Source: an uncultured Acidimicrobiales bacterium (GTDB taxonomy: Bacteria; Actinomycetota; Acidimicrobiia; Acidimicrobiales; DATKAS01). From it: a stretch of 64,000 bases of DNA. Below the pieces are notes generated by a model. It searched no databases. It was not told where the DNA came from and saw only the letters and a program-made list of their open reading frames with translations. Shown here piece after piece: positions 17,012 to 26,822 of the stretch (positions within the stretch are counted from its first letter, which is position 1; each line of letters opens with the position of its first letter). Where the stretch lies: NCBI GenBank assembly GCA_963802505.1, contig CAWDJB010000003.1, forward strand, positions 413,938-477,937, given 5' to 3'. The translations under genes were made by a program, and so were the position numbers.

Positions 17012-18475
17012 ATGGGGGGAACATTGCGTAGACGTCCAGCACGGCGTACCGCCTCGAGGGGCGTTGCCATCGGGTCAGTGCTGTTGTCGGTCGGTTTGCT
17101 CGCCGCTGCGTGTGGTGACGACAGCGACAGCGGGGCAACCGCGACGACAGCCGCGGCCTCTGCCACGACTGCAGCGGGTGCCGCGACGACCGCGGCGACG
17201 GCGGGCGCCGGGTCGACGACGACCGTCTCGATCGATCCCACGACTCTCACGAACGGCCAAGGAGTCACCGACGACACGATCACCATCGGCGTGACGATGG
17301 ACCAGAGCGGGCCCTTCGCGATCCTCGCCGGCCCGATCAAGGCAGCGTTCGACGCCAAGATTTCGTTCCTCAACGACCAGGGCGGCGTGCTCGGTCGTCA
17401 GATCAAGATCATCTACTACGACGACAAGAGCGATCCCGCGCAGGTGCTGCAGAACTTCAAGCGTCTGTGGGAGCAGGACAAGGTGTTCGGCATCTACGTC
17501 GCGAACATCGTCGGTCCGCCGCTCGACTACGTCGCGCAGAAGAACGTCGCCACGACGCTGCTCGGCGGCCCGCCGGCAGTGTTCTCGTCGAAGTACCCGA
17601 CGATCTTCCCGACGGGCTCGATCACCCCGGCATGGAACGCGCAGGCGGACTACGCGGTGGTGAACGTGCTCGGCATGAAGCCGAAGGTCGTCGCCGTGAG
17701 CTACTTGCCCTACGAGGAGCCGGTGCTCGACTTCATCGAGAACGCGTGGAAGACGCTCGGCGCCGAGACGGTGATCATGGATCCATGGCCCGGCGGTCCC
17801 GCTGATCCCTGCGACGCCTTCGTCCTGAAGTACAAGGACGCCAACGTCGACTACTGGGACATGCACGCGACGAACTTCTTGAGCTGCATCCCGGCCGAGG
17901 TCAAGGCGGGTTGGTCGCCGCCCATGGGCCAAGGCGGTCCGAGCACGAGCTCGCTCGACCTGTCCTCATTCATCGGGAAGCCGATGGCCGACCTGGGCGT
18001 CATCGCCGGCGCACCGACGACGCAGGCCGACGGCAGCCCGGTGCACACCTCGCCGACGCCGGCGACGAAGGAGTACGTCGACTCGATGACGAAGTACCAG
18101 GCGGAGTTCACGAACTCCCACGACATCAACGACTGGGCCCCGCAGCTCGCCTACATGGGCGGCACGTGGTTCGCCGACGGGATCGTGGGATCCGCGCAGC
18201 TCACCGGAGGCATCAGCCCTGAGGGTCTGATCCAGTGGGCCCAGACCGTCAAGAACTGGGACCCGGGCCTTGCGGAGCCGGTGAAGAGCATGGCGCCGGA
18301 TTGCAAGACCGGAAACGACTCGACGGTGTGGGGCAAGTGGACGTGGGACGAGGCGAACCAGCGCCTGAAGATGGTGCCGTTCGCGCCGAGCCCAGGGGAG
18401 CCGATGATCAACAGCGACTTCCTCGGTGTCGACGAGTGCTACCTCACGCAGATGGCGGACGAGTTTTTCTCGTAG
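17012..18475 (+). CDS. Liv-type (periplasmic binding protein type I) ABC substrate-binding lipoprotein
   Basis: Signal and lipobox LLSVGLLAAAC, followed by a Thr/Ala-rich linker. ATG 17012 is chosen. Operon context with the Liv-type ATPases and permease. Confidence 0.75.
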   Translation: MGGTLRRRPARRTASRGVAIGSVLLSVGLLAAACGDDSDSGATATTAAASATTAAGAATTAATAGAGSTTTVSIDPTTLTNGQGVTDDTITIGVTMDQSGPFAILAGPIKAAFDAKISFLNDQGGVLGRQIKIIYYDDKSDPAQVLQNFKRLWEQDKVFGIYVANIVGPPLDYVAQKNVATTLLGGPPAVFSSKYPTIFPTGSITPAWNAQADYAVVNVLGMKPKVVAVSYLPYEEPVLDFIENAWKTLGAETVIMDPWPGGPADPCDAFVLKYKDANVDYWDMHATNFLSCIPAEVKAGWSPPMGQGGPSTSSLDLSSFIGKPMADLGVIAGAPTTQADGSPVHTSPTPATKEYVDSMTKYQAEFTNSHDINDWAPQLAYMGGTWFADGIVGSAQLTGGISPEGLIQWAQTVKNWDPGLAEPVKSMAPDCKTGNDSTVWGKWTWDEANQRLKMVPFAPSPGEPMINSDFLGVDECYLTQMADEFFS

Positions 18476-18574
18476 TCAGCCACCAAGTCGAGCGGCCTGG
18501 GCGCCCCCACCACCGCCCAGGCCGCTCCTCGATCAAGAGCTCAATCGATCGGCGATCAACGGAGAGAGGAGCGC

Positions 18575-20575
18575 ATGGACCTCTACAGGGCAGCCATCGT
18601 CAGCGGCATCGCCGTCGGTGGCACCTACGCGCTCGTCGCGGTCGGCATCACGCAGATCTTCTCGGTCACGCGTGTCCTGAACTTCGCCCACGCGGGGTTC
18701 ACGCTGTGGGGTGCGTACCTCTACGCGCAGTTCACCTATGAGTGGGGCTGGCCGGTGGGATGGTCAGCGGCGCTGACGATCGCGCTCGTCGGGATCATGG
18801 GCCTCGCGTCCGAGCTGTTGGTCTTCCGGTACGCGAACCGTGCGACGCCGGTCAACCGGATCATCCTCACGTTCGGGCTGTTCCTGCTCTTGAGCGCGCT
18901 CGCGGCCAAGGTCTGGGGCTTCGAGGTCAAGGCCGCAGTGCCTCTCTTCCCCACCGGCAGCTTCTCGGTGCTCGGCACGAACGTCAGCTGGCAGCAATTC
19001 GCCAACCTGTGCGCCGTGGTGCTCGTCGTCGTGGGCATCGGGGCATTCCTCAGGTTCACGCGTCTCGGCCTGCAGACCAGGGCGATGGCCGAAGACAACA
19101 CGGTCGCCGAGCTCATGGCGATCTCGAAGAACCAGATCGGCATGTTGAACTGGGGCCTCGCCGCCATGGTGGGTGGCATGGCCGGCGTGCTCGCAGCGTC
19201 GTTGCAGCCGTTCACGGGCTCGGTCTTCCTCCAGTACTTCCTGATCGCCCTGACCGCGACCCTCGTCGGCGGGCTGCGGTCCCTGTGGCTGACTGCGGTC
19301 GGCGGCCTCGCGATCGGCGTGATCCTGAGCGTGACGCAGGTGTGGAGCAGCACGATCGGGTTGGGCACGCTCTTCGTGTTCCTCGGCGTCGTGGCGCTCG
19401 TGCTCTTGCGGAAGCACTGGCCGTCGGAGCTCTCGAAGATCGGCTGGTCACGTCCTCAGATCAGCAAGGCGAACCCCGGATGGATGGTCGCGCGCTTCGT
19501 GCTGCTGGGCGGCTGGCTCTGGCTCATCCTCGCGATCTACCGTGCCGACTTCTGGGGCCAGACCGGTGCATTGATCCTCGTGTACACGGTGGCGGTGTTC
19601 TCGCTCGTCCCGTTGATCGGATGGACGGGCCAGGTGAGCCTTGCGCAAGGCGGCTTCATGGCGCTGGGCGCGCTCGCGATGAACGAGGCGTACGACTACT
19701 ACCACCTCCCCATGGCGGTGGCGGTACTGATCGCGATCCTCGTCGGCACGTTCGGCGGAGCGCTGGTCGGACTGATCTGCTACCGGCTCTCGTTCGTGCA
19801 GACCGCGATCGTCACGCTCGCGTTCACCGGCGTTGTCACGCAGTGGTTCATGTACTCCCATTGGTTCCATGCGCCTTCGGCGCGCGTGAGCATGCTCGTG
19901 CCCACGTTCCTCGACTCTGGGCGCAGCCTCTTCCTCGGCTTCGTGGTCGTGACCCTGCTCGTGATGATCGTCCTCTACAACGTGCGGCGATCCCAGTGGG
20001 GCATCTCGTTCATCGGCGTGCGCACCGCGCCGAGCATGGCCAAACACTTCGGTCTCAACCCGCCCGTCGTGCGCATCATGGCCTTCTCGCTGTCGGGTGC
20101 GATCGCCGCTGTCGCGGGGGTGCTCTACCTCGCGCTCGTCGGCATCACCGACGCCTCCTCGTTCGGAGTCGGGTTGTCGCTCCAGGTGCTGCTGTATGCG
20201 GTCGCCAGCGGGGTCGGCAGCCTCGTCGGTCCGCTGATCGGCCCGCTCGCGTTCCTGGCCATTCCGCAGGCGCTCAACCTGCAGAAGTACGGCTCGACGG
20301 TGTGGCCCGACATCCTCGGCGGCCTCGCGATCATCCAGCTCATGGCGACGCGGCCCGACGGCATGCTCAGCATCTTGCGGCGCCCGCCGCACCTACCCGA
20401 GACCCGCGTCGAGCGCGCGCTGCACCACGTGACGCGCTACGTGCCGTTCGTCAGCCACGGCGGGCCCGAGTCGCCGCCACCGCCGCCCGAGGCCGTGGCT
20501 GACGCCGATGACATTCCTGAACCCACCCGGGAGGAACACGAAGATGTCGACGATCTCGTCGTTGGTCCGCGCTGA
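18575..20575 (+). CDS. Fused LivH-LivM-type ABC permease (two permease domains in one 666-aa polypeptide)
   Basis: Highly hydrophobic throughout. The first ~290 aa are LivH-like, the rest LivM-like. An acidic/Pro-rich C-terminal tail of about 60 aa overlaps the alpha-3 start by 32 nt. Confidence 0.75.
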   Translation: MDLYRAAIVSGIAVGGTYALVAVGITQIFSVTRVLNFAHAGFTLWGAYLYAQFTYEWGWPVGWSAALTIALVGIMGLASELLVFRYANRATPVNRIILTFGLFLLLSALAAKVWGFEVKAAVPLFPTGSFSVLGTNVSWQQFANLCAVVLVVVGIGAFLRFTRLGLQTRAMAEDNTVAELMAISKNQIGMLNWGLAAMVGGMAGVLAASLQPFTGSVFLQYFLIALTATLVGGLRSLWLTAVGGLAIGVILSVTQVWSSTIGLGTLFVFLGVVALVLLRKHWPSELSKIGWSRPQISKANPGWMVARFVLLGGWLWLILAIYRADFWGQTGALILVYTVAVFSLVPLIGWTGQVSLAQGGFMALGALAMNEAYDYYHLPMAVAVLIAILVGTFGGALVGLICYRLSFVQTAIVTLAFTGVVTQWFMYSHWFHAPSARVSMLVPTFLDSGRSLFLGFVVVTLLVMIVLYNVRRSQWGISFIGVRTAPSMAKHFGLNPPVVRIMAFSLSGAIAAVAGVLYLALVGITDASSFGVGLSLQVLLYAVASGVGSLVGPLIGPLAFLAIPQALNLQKYGSTVWPDILGGLAIIQLMATRPDGMLSILRRPPHLPETRVERALHHVTRYVPFVSHGGPESPPPPPEAVADADDIPEPTREEHEDVDDLVVGPR

Positions 20576-21899
20576 CGAAGGCCTCATCGATCGTCGGATC
20601 TTCTCCGACGAGGCGATCTACGAGCAGGAGCTCGAGCAGATCTTCGCTCGGTGCTGGCTGTTCCTCTGCCACGAGAGCCAGATCCCCGAGGCCGGCGACT
20701 TCTTCTCCACGACGATGGGGGAGGACCCGATCCTCGTCGTGCGCCAGAAGGACGGCACGGTCGGCGCGTTCCTCAACTCGTGCCGCCACCGCGGCATGAA
20801 GGTCTGCCGGGCTGACCTCGGCAACACCAAGGGCTTCACGTGCACGTACCACGGGTGGTCCTACGGCATCGACGGCGCACTCGTGTCGGTGCCCAACCTC
20901 GAGGACGGCTATTACAACGAGCTCGACGTCGCTCAGTGGGGCCTCGTGCCGGTCACCCAGGTGGACAGCTACAAGGGCCTCGTCTTCGCGTCGTGGGATC
21001 CGACCGCGCCGCCGCTGCTCGAGTACATCGGAGACTTCCGCTTCTACTTCGACGCGATGTTCGACCGCGATCCACTCGGCACCGAGGTGATCGGCGGTGT
21101 GCACAAGTGGGTGTTCAAGGGGAACTGGAAGTTCGCCGCCGAGCAGTTCTGCTCGGACATGTACCACGCGCCGATCAGTCATGCCTCTGCGGTCATGGCG
21201 ATGGCCTCCGACGCGGAGCTCACCCCCGAGGAAGCCGCAGATACCTGGACGCCTGGCGGTCGCCAGTTCACGTCGGCGAGCGGCCACGGCACGGGCTTCT
21301 TCATCAGCCCGATGGAACGCAATGGCGGCGTGCGGTTCATGGAGAAGACCTTGCGGGACTACTACGTGAGCAGCCAAGCGCGCTACGCAGAGCGCCTCGG
21401 CGAGGCGCGCGTGCAAGGCCCGATGAACGCGCACGCGACGTTGTTTCCGTCGTTCTCCTATCTGCCCGGCACCAACACGCTGCGGGTGTGGCATCCCCGG
21501 GGACCGGGGCAGATGGAGGTCTACTCGTGGATCATCGTCGAGAAGTCGATGCCACCCGAGGTGAAGGAGGCGCAGCGCCTCTTCACGCTGCGCACCTTCT
21601 CCCCGTCGGGACTGCTCGAGCAGGACGACGGTGAGAACTGGGGTGAGATCCAGAAGGTGCTGAAGGGCACCGTGCAGCGGCGGTACGCGTTCAACTACCA
21701 GATGGGCCTCGGCCACGAGCGCGAAGACGTCGAGCACTACCCGGGCCGCCTGAGCTACGTGATGAGCGAGGGTGCAGCGCGGGGCTTCTACCGTCGGTAC
21801 ACCCAGCTCATGGACTCCGACGTGTTCCCGAGCGATCTCCCCACGCGTCCCGCGCTGAACGACAAGGAGCTCACGCCGATGCCCAGCCCGGCGGGGTGA
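20544..21899 (+). CDS. Rieske ring-hydroxylating oxygenase alpha subunit (alpha-3, type B, biphenyl/naphthalene-family-like)
   Basis: Start at ATG 20544 ([13 protein letters not shown]). CRH-x17-CTYH and [20 protein letters not shown]. No adjacent beta subunit. Confidence 0.9.
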   Translation: MSTISSLVRADEGLIDRRIFSDEAIYEQELEQIFARCWLFLCHESQIPEAGDFFSTTMGEDPILVVRQKDGTVGAFLNSCRHRGMKVCRADLGNTKGFTCTYHGWSYGIDGALVSVPNLEDGYYNELDVAQWGLVPVTQVDSYKGLVFASWDPTAPPLLEYIGDFRFYFDAMFDRDPLGTEVIGGVHKWVFKGNWKFAAEQFCSDMYHAPISHASAVMAMASDAELTPEEAADTWTPGGRQFTSASGHGTGFFISPMERNGGVRFMEKTLRDYYVSSQARYAERLGEARVQGPMNAHATLFPSFSYLPGTNTLRVWHPRGPGQMEVYSWIIVEKSMPPEVKEAQRLFTLRTFSPSGLLEQDDGENWGEIQKVLKGTVQRRYAFNYQMGLGHEREDVEHYPGRLSYVMSEGAARGFYRRYTQLMDSDVFPSDLPTRPALNDKELTPMPSPAG

Positions 21900-21900
21900 C

Positions 21901-22863
21901 GTGAAGCAGCGGTCGCTCGGCTCATCGGGCATCTCGGTCTCGGTCGTCGGACTGGGGGGGAACACGTTCGGCCCGCCGCGCATCGACGAGGCAGCCACAG
22001 TCGAGGTCATCCACGCTGCGCTCGATCTCGGCATCAACTTCGTCGACACTGCGATCGTGTACGGGCAGGGCGAGTCCGAGCGCTACATCGCGACAGCGCT
22101 GAAGGATCGGCGCGACGAGATGGTGCTCGCCACGAAATTTCACCTGATGGGCCTCGGCGACGAGAAGCCCGCCGATCGCATCCGCGCGCACGTCGACGAG
22201 AGCCTGTCGAAGCTGGGGACCGATCGCATCGAGCTGTATCAGATCCACATGCCGAACCCGGCTGTGCCCGCCGCGGAGATCCTCGGGACGCTCGCAGAGC
22301 TCGTCGCCGCGGGCAAGGTGCGCGAGATCGGGTGCTCGAACTACACCTCGTGGCGGCTCGTCGAGTCGTGCTTGGAAGCCGATCGGCTCGGTGTGCCGCG
22401 ATTCGCGACGGTGCAGAACCACTACAGCCTCCTGAACCGCCAGAGCGAGCAGGAGCTGGTGTCCGCGTGCCGTGCGTACGGCGTCGGGTTGATCCCGTAT
22501 CACCCGCTCGCCGGAGGGTTCCTCACCGGCAAGTACCGCAAGGGTGAACCGCCACCGCCGGGCACCCGGGGAGCCGCGGGCAGCCCGATCGTCACGAAGA
22601 TGAGCAACGACCGCAACTGGGAGATCGTCGCCTCACTCGAGGAGTGGGCCGCCGATCACGGTCACACCGTGGGCGAGCTCGCGATCGCATGGCTCGTCGC
22701 GAACGAGGTCGTGACGTCGGTGATCGCCGGGGTGAGCAACGTCGCCCAGATCGAGGCGAACGCTGCCGGAGGGGGATGGGAGCTGACTGAGGCCGAGAAG
22801 GCCGAGGTCGACGCGCTCGCGACGACGGGCCTCGAGGAGCCGGTCGAGCCGCCCGCGCGGTAG
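21901..22863 (+). CDS. Aldo/keto reductase (AKR-1)
   Basis: 320 aa. GINFVDTAIVYGQGESE, LGTDRIELYQIHMPN, IGCSNY, IPYHPLAGGFLTGKY. Confidence 0.85.
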   Translation: MKQRSLGSSGISVSVVGLGGNTFGPPRIDEAATVEVIHAALDLGINFVDTAIVYGQGESERYIATALKDRRDEMVLATKFHLMGLGDEKPADRIRAHVDESLSKLGTDRIELYQIHMPNPAVPAAEILGTLAELVAAGKVREIGCSNYTSWRLVESCLEADRLGVPRFATVQNHYSLLNRQSEQELVSACRAYGVGLIPYHPLAGGFLTGKYRKGEPPPPGTRGAAGSPIVTKMSNDRNWEIVASLEEWAADHGHTVGELAIAWLVANEVVTSVIAGVSNVAQIEANAAGGGWELTEAEKAEVDALATTGLEEPVEPPAR

Positions 22864-22930
22864 CGGCCGAGGTTCCGCCTAACGGACTCCCGCTGTGGGT
22901 CGCTCGTGCGAAAGTGCGGATACTGAGCCG

Positions 22931-24262
22931 ATGACGATCTCGTCGCTGGTCCGCGCGGACGAAGGGCTCATCGATCGCCGGATCTTCTCGGACCAAGACA
23001 TCTACGAGCAGGAGCTCGAGCGGATCTTCGCCCGGTGCTGGCTGTTCCTCTGCCACGAGAGCCAGATCCCTGAGCCCGGCGACTTCTTCGCCACGACGAT
23101 GGGCGAGGACCCGATCCTCGTCGTCCGGCAGAAGGACGGCACGGTCGGGGCGTTCCTCAACTCGTGCCGCCACCGCGGCATGAAGGTGTGCCGGGCTGAC
23201 CTCGGCAACTCGAAGGGCTTCACGTGCACCTATCACGGGTGGGCGTACGGCATCGACGGCGCACTCGTGTCGGTGCCCAACCTCGAAGACGGGTACTACA
23301 ACGAGCTCGACGTCGCCCAATGGGGGCTCGTGCCGGTCACCCAGGTCTCGAGCTACAAGGAGTTCGTCTTCGCGACGTGGGACCCGACCACGCCGCCGCT
23401 CGAGGAGTACCTCGGCGGCTACAGGTTCTACTTCGACGCGTTCTGCGATCGGATGCCGGGAGGCAGCGAGGTCATCGGCGGCCTCCACAAGTGGATCTTC
23501 AAAGGAAACTGGAAGTTCGCCGCCGAGCAGTTCTGCTCGGACAACTACCACGCGCCCATCAGTCACGCCTCGGCGTTCATGGCGATGATGATGGACATGT
23601 CGCCCGAGGAGATGGCCGAGGCGGCGGCTGGCCTCCAGCACATCGAGGGCTTGCAGTACTCCGACCCGAACGGACATGGCACCGGGTTCCTGGTCGAGGA
23701 CTTCCTCAACAGCTTCTTCACCAAGACGCTGCCGCCGAAGCTCGTCGACTACTACCGCGAGGTCATGCCGACGATGATCGAGCATCTCGGCGCGGACCGC
23801 GCCGGCGGGCCGATCACCGCTCACGCGACGATCTTCCCGAACACGTCGTTCCTGCCGACGACGAACACGCTGCGCGTGTGGCATCCCCGCGGGCCGGACG
23901 CGATGGAGGTCTACGCGTGGATCATCGTCGACAAGGCGATGCCGCCCGAGGTGAAGGAAGCGCAACGGCTGCAGACGATTCGCACGTTCTCGCCCTCGGG
24001 TCTGCTCGAGCAGGACGACGGCGAGAACTGGGGTGAGATCCAGAAGGTGCTGAAGGGCACCGTGCAGAAGCGGTACGCGTTCAACTACCAGATGGGTCTC
24101 GGACACGACCGCGTCGACGATCGCTATCCGGGTGACCTCGGATACGTGATGGGCGAGAAGGCGTCGCGCGGCTTCTACCGCCGGTACGCCCAGCTGATGG
24201 ACAGCGACGTGTGGCCGAACGAGCTGCCCGTCGCCGACGAGCAACCAGCAATGGTGAAGTAA
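22931..24262 (+). CDS. Rieske ring-hydroxylating oxygenase alpha subunit (alpha-4, type B; close paralogue of alpha-3)
   Basis: Start ATG 22931 ([12 protein letters not shown]). CRH-x17-CTYH and [20 protein letters not shown]. The N-terminal ~210 aa are nearly identical to alpha-3. Confidence 0.9.
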   Translation: MTISSLVRADEGLIDRRIFSDQDIYEQELERIFARCWLFLCHESQIPEPGDFFATTMGEDPILVVRQKDGTVGAFLNSCRHRGMKVCRADLGNSKGFTCTYHGWAYGIDGALVSVPNLEDGYYNELDVAQWGLVPVTQVSSYKEFVFATWDPTTPPLEEYLGGYRFYFDAFCDRMPGGSEVIGGLHKWIFKGNWKFAAEQFCSDNYHAPISHASAFMAMMMDMSPEEMAEAAAGLQHIEGLQYSDPNGHGTGFLVEDFLNSFFTKTLPPKLVDYYREVMPTMIEHLGADRAGGPITAHATIFPNTSFLPTTNTLRVWHPRGPDAMEVYAWIIVDKAMPPEVKEAQRLQTIRTFSPSGLLEQDDGENWGEIQKVLKGTVQKRYAFNYQMGLGHDRVDDRYPGDLGYVMGEKASRGFYRRYAQLMDSDVWPNELPVADEQPAMVK

Positions 24263-24288
24263 GAGACCGACGCAGAGGGGGAGACACA

Positions 24289-25296
24289 GTGTCGTTGACC
24301 GACGAGGGCATCATCGAGGTCCCGGGGATGATGAGCCGCTGGGTGCGGCTCACGACGGGTGCCAAGGCGCACTACATGACATCGGGCGAGAGCGGCCCGG
24401 CGGTCGTGCTGCTGCACGGCGGCATCATCGGCTCGTCGGGCACCGCGGGCTGGCGCTTCATGGCGCCGTTTCTCGGCGCCAACGGCTTCCGGGTGTACTG
24501 CCCCGACATGCCGGCGTTCGGGCTCACCGAGGACCCATACGACGCGTACGCGTTCGGCGAGGGCGGCCATGCCGACTTCGTGCACGACTTCGTGAACGCG
24601 GTGTGCATCGACCAGTTCCACGTCTCGGGCAACTCGATGGGGTGCTCGAACGCGGTGAACTACGTGACGGCGCATCCGGAGCGCATCCTCAGCTACGCGC
24701 TCATCGCCGGTGGCATCGGCGACATCGTGCCGATGGCCCAGATGATGGCGGCGGATCCGCGACCCGCCGACGCGCGTCCGAACATCATGCAGTTCGACGG
24801 CACTCCCGAGTCGATGCGGGCGATGATGGAGGCGATCATCCATCGCGGCGGCGCGATCAGCGACGACCTCATCACGATGCGCACTTCGGCGGCCAACCAT
24901 CACCGCGAGGCCTACACCAAGCGGATGCAGATGATGATGGCCGAGAACGGACCCGGCGGCACGCCCGACACGAACAAGGCAGCCCGCATGAGCACGAAGG
25001 GTCGCTTCGACAAGATGACGATCCCCGGCATCTACATGTACGGGCGCCAGGACGTGCTGATCTCGCACGAGGCCGGCTACCTCCAGGAAGACGCTCTCCC
25101 CAACGTGCAGTTCTTCTATCCGGACGAGACCGGTCATCAGGGCCAGACCGATCAGCCCGACCTGTTCAATCAGGTCTTCCTCGAGTTCTTCCGCGACGGC
25201 AAGGTCTCGTGGGAGACGGCGCAGGCCGCGGGCATCTCCGATCGCCGTGCCCCGAACCCCGATCTCGTCGCCGTCCCGGCCGGCGTGTCGGCCTGA
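24289..25296 (+). CDS. Alpha/beta-fold hydrolase, meta-cleavage-product hydrolase-like (H2)
   Basis: GTG 24289 preceded by GGGGGA. LLHGGIIGSS, nucleophile elbow GNSMGC, His region ETGHQGQ. Sits between alpha-4 and beta-3. Confidence 0.8.
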   Translation: MSLTDEGIIEVPGMMSRWVRLTTGAKAHYMTSGESGPAVVLLHGGIIGSSGTAGWRFMAPFLGANGFRVYCPDMPAFGLTEDPYDAYAFGEGGHADFVHDFVNAVCIDQFHVSGNSMGCSNAVNYVTAHPERILSYALIAGGIGDIVPMAQMMAADPRPADARPNIMQFDGTPESMRAMMEAIIHRGGAISDDLITMRTSAANHHREAYTKRMQMMMAENGPGGTPDTNKAARMSTKGRFDKMTIPGIYMYGRQDVLISHEAGYLQEDALPNVQFFYPDETGHQGQTDQPDLFNQVFLEFFRDGKVSWETAQAAGISDRRAPNPDLVAVPAGVSA

Positions 25297-25305
25297 GGAG
25301 TCGCC

Positions 25306-25890
25306 GTGTCCATCGATCAGGAAGCCGTACAGGAAGCACCCGCGATCCCCAGGGTCGTGCTCGAGGTCGACGCCGGCCTCCAGTTCGAGATCGAGCAGTT
25401 CCTCTATCTCGAGGCTCGGCTCCTGGACGATCGAAGGTTCGACGACTGGCTCCTTCTCTTCGCGGACGACATCCACTACTGGATGCCGACTCGGTACAAC
25501 CGCCTCCTCCGCGAGCTCGACAAGGAGCTCGCGGCGCCGAACGAGGTCGCGAACTTCGACGAGGACAAGCGCTCGCTCGCGCAGCGTGTCTTCCGCATCA
25601 ACACCGGCATGGCGTGGGCGGAGGATCCCCCCTCGCGGACGCGACACCTCGTGTGCAATGTCTGGGTGCGGCCGACGGAGGCTGGCCCCACCGAGAGAGG
25701 CGAGGAGTACGACGTGCAGTCGGCGTTCCTCACCTACCGCAACCGCGGCGACACCGAAGTCGACGTGTGGGCAGGCCGCCGCGACGACCTGCTTCGGCGC
25801 ATCGCTCCCGGCACGTGGCAGATCGCCCGCCGCAAGATCACGATCGACCAATCGACGATCCTGTCCAAGAACCTCAGCGTCTTCTTCTAG
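25306..25890 (+). CDS. Ring-hydroxylating oxygenase beta subunit (beta-3, type B)
   Basis: 194 aa. [42 protein letters not shown]-terminal LSVFF. Confidence 0.85.
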   Translation: MSIDQEAVQEAPAIPRVVLEVDAGLQFEIEQFLYLEARLLDDRRFDDWLLLFADDIHYWMPTRYNRLLRELDKELAAPNEVANFDEDKRSLAQRVFRINTGMAWAEDPPSRTRHLVCNVWVRPTEAGPTERGEEYDVQSAFLTYRNRGDTEVDVWAGRRDDLLRRIAPGTWQIARRKITIDQSTILSKNLSVFF

Positions 25891-25921
25891 TTCTCAGATC
25901 CAGCAGCCTGGAGGAACTCAC

Positions 25922-26800
25922 ATGGCCTCAGTCAACGCCCTCGCCTACCTCGGCATCACCGGTCCCGACATCGACGCGTGGAAGACCTACGCAACGAACG
26001 TCCTCGGACTGCAGGTGAGCCCGTCCTCCACTGACGACAAGCTCCTGCTTCGCATGGACGACCGCGTGTATCGCTTCTTCGTCGAGAAGGGCGACCCCGG
26101 CTTCTCGGCGATCGGCTTCGAGGTCAAGACCCGCGGTCAGCTGGACGAGCTCGGGAGCGAGCTCGAGGCAGCCGGGATCGCGGTGAAGGAGGACGCCGCG
26201 CTCGCGAAGGAGCGGCAGGTCGTCGCGCTGCTCCGCACCAGCGATCCGGCCGGAAACGCGATCGAGCTGTCGTTCGGCCAGCGCACGGATCACGATGCGT
26301 TTGCATCGCCCAAGGGCCACCGCTTCGTCACTGGCGACATGGGCCTCGGGCACATCTTCATGATGGTGCCCGACCAGAAGGAGGCCTTCGACTTCTACGT
26401 CGGCCAGCTCGGCTTCCTCGAGAGCGACACGATCGAGCTGATGCCCGGGCTCAACGGGCAGTTCCTCCACTGCAACCCGCGCCATCACACACTCGCGTTC
26501 GCCGCGGTGCCGGGGATGAACATCAGCGGCGTGCAGCACATGATGGTCGAGGTCGAGTCGCTCGACCACGTGGGCCGCGCGTTCGACATCGTCGACGCGG
26601 GTGCCGCACCCGCGAGCACGTCGATCGGCATGCACACGAACGATCACATGATCTCGTTCTACATGCAGACACCGTCGGGCTTCGACTGCGAGTTCGGCAC
26701 CGCGGGCCGGATGATCGACGACTCGGTCTGGTCGGTCGGTCACTACGAGGCCGCGAGCTACTGGGGTCACAAGCGCCTCCGCGAAATGCCCATCGGCTGA
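25922..26800 (+). CDS. Type I extradiol (vicinal-oxygen-chelate) dioxygenase, BphC/HsaC-like
   Basis: Start ATG 25922 (MASVNALAYLGITGPDIDAW). LGHIFMMVPD, HCNPRHHTLAF and MHTNDHMISFYMQTPSGFDCEFG are typical of 2,3-dihydroxybiphenyl-type dioxygenases. Confidence 0.85.
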   Translation: MASVNALAYLGITGPDIDAWKTYATNVLGLQVSPSSTDDKLLLRMDDRVYRFFVEKGDPGFSAIGFEVKTRGQLDELGSELEAAGIAVKEDAALAKERQVVALLRTSDPAGNAIELSFGQRTDHDAFASPKGHRFVTGDMGLGHIFMMVPDQKEAFDFYVGQLGFLESDTIELMPGLNGQFLHCNPRHHTLAFAAVPGMNISGVQHMMVEVESLDHVGRAFDIVDAGAAPASTSIGMHTNDHMISFYMQTPSGFDCEFGTAGRMIDDSVWSVGHYEAASYWGHKRLREMPIG

Positions 26801-26822
26801 CGCTGACGGTCCTTCCCCCCGC

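Noticed and set aside
24273-24292. CAGAGGGGG, which matches 9 nt of the 20-nt inverted repeat.
   Set aside because: Only the G-rich core matches. It works as the ribosome-binding region of the H2 hydrolase gene (GTG 24289). Treated as coincidental.
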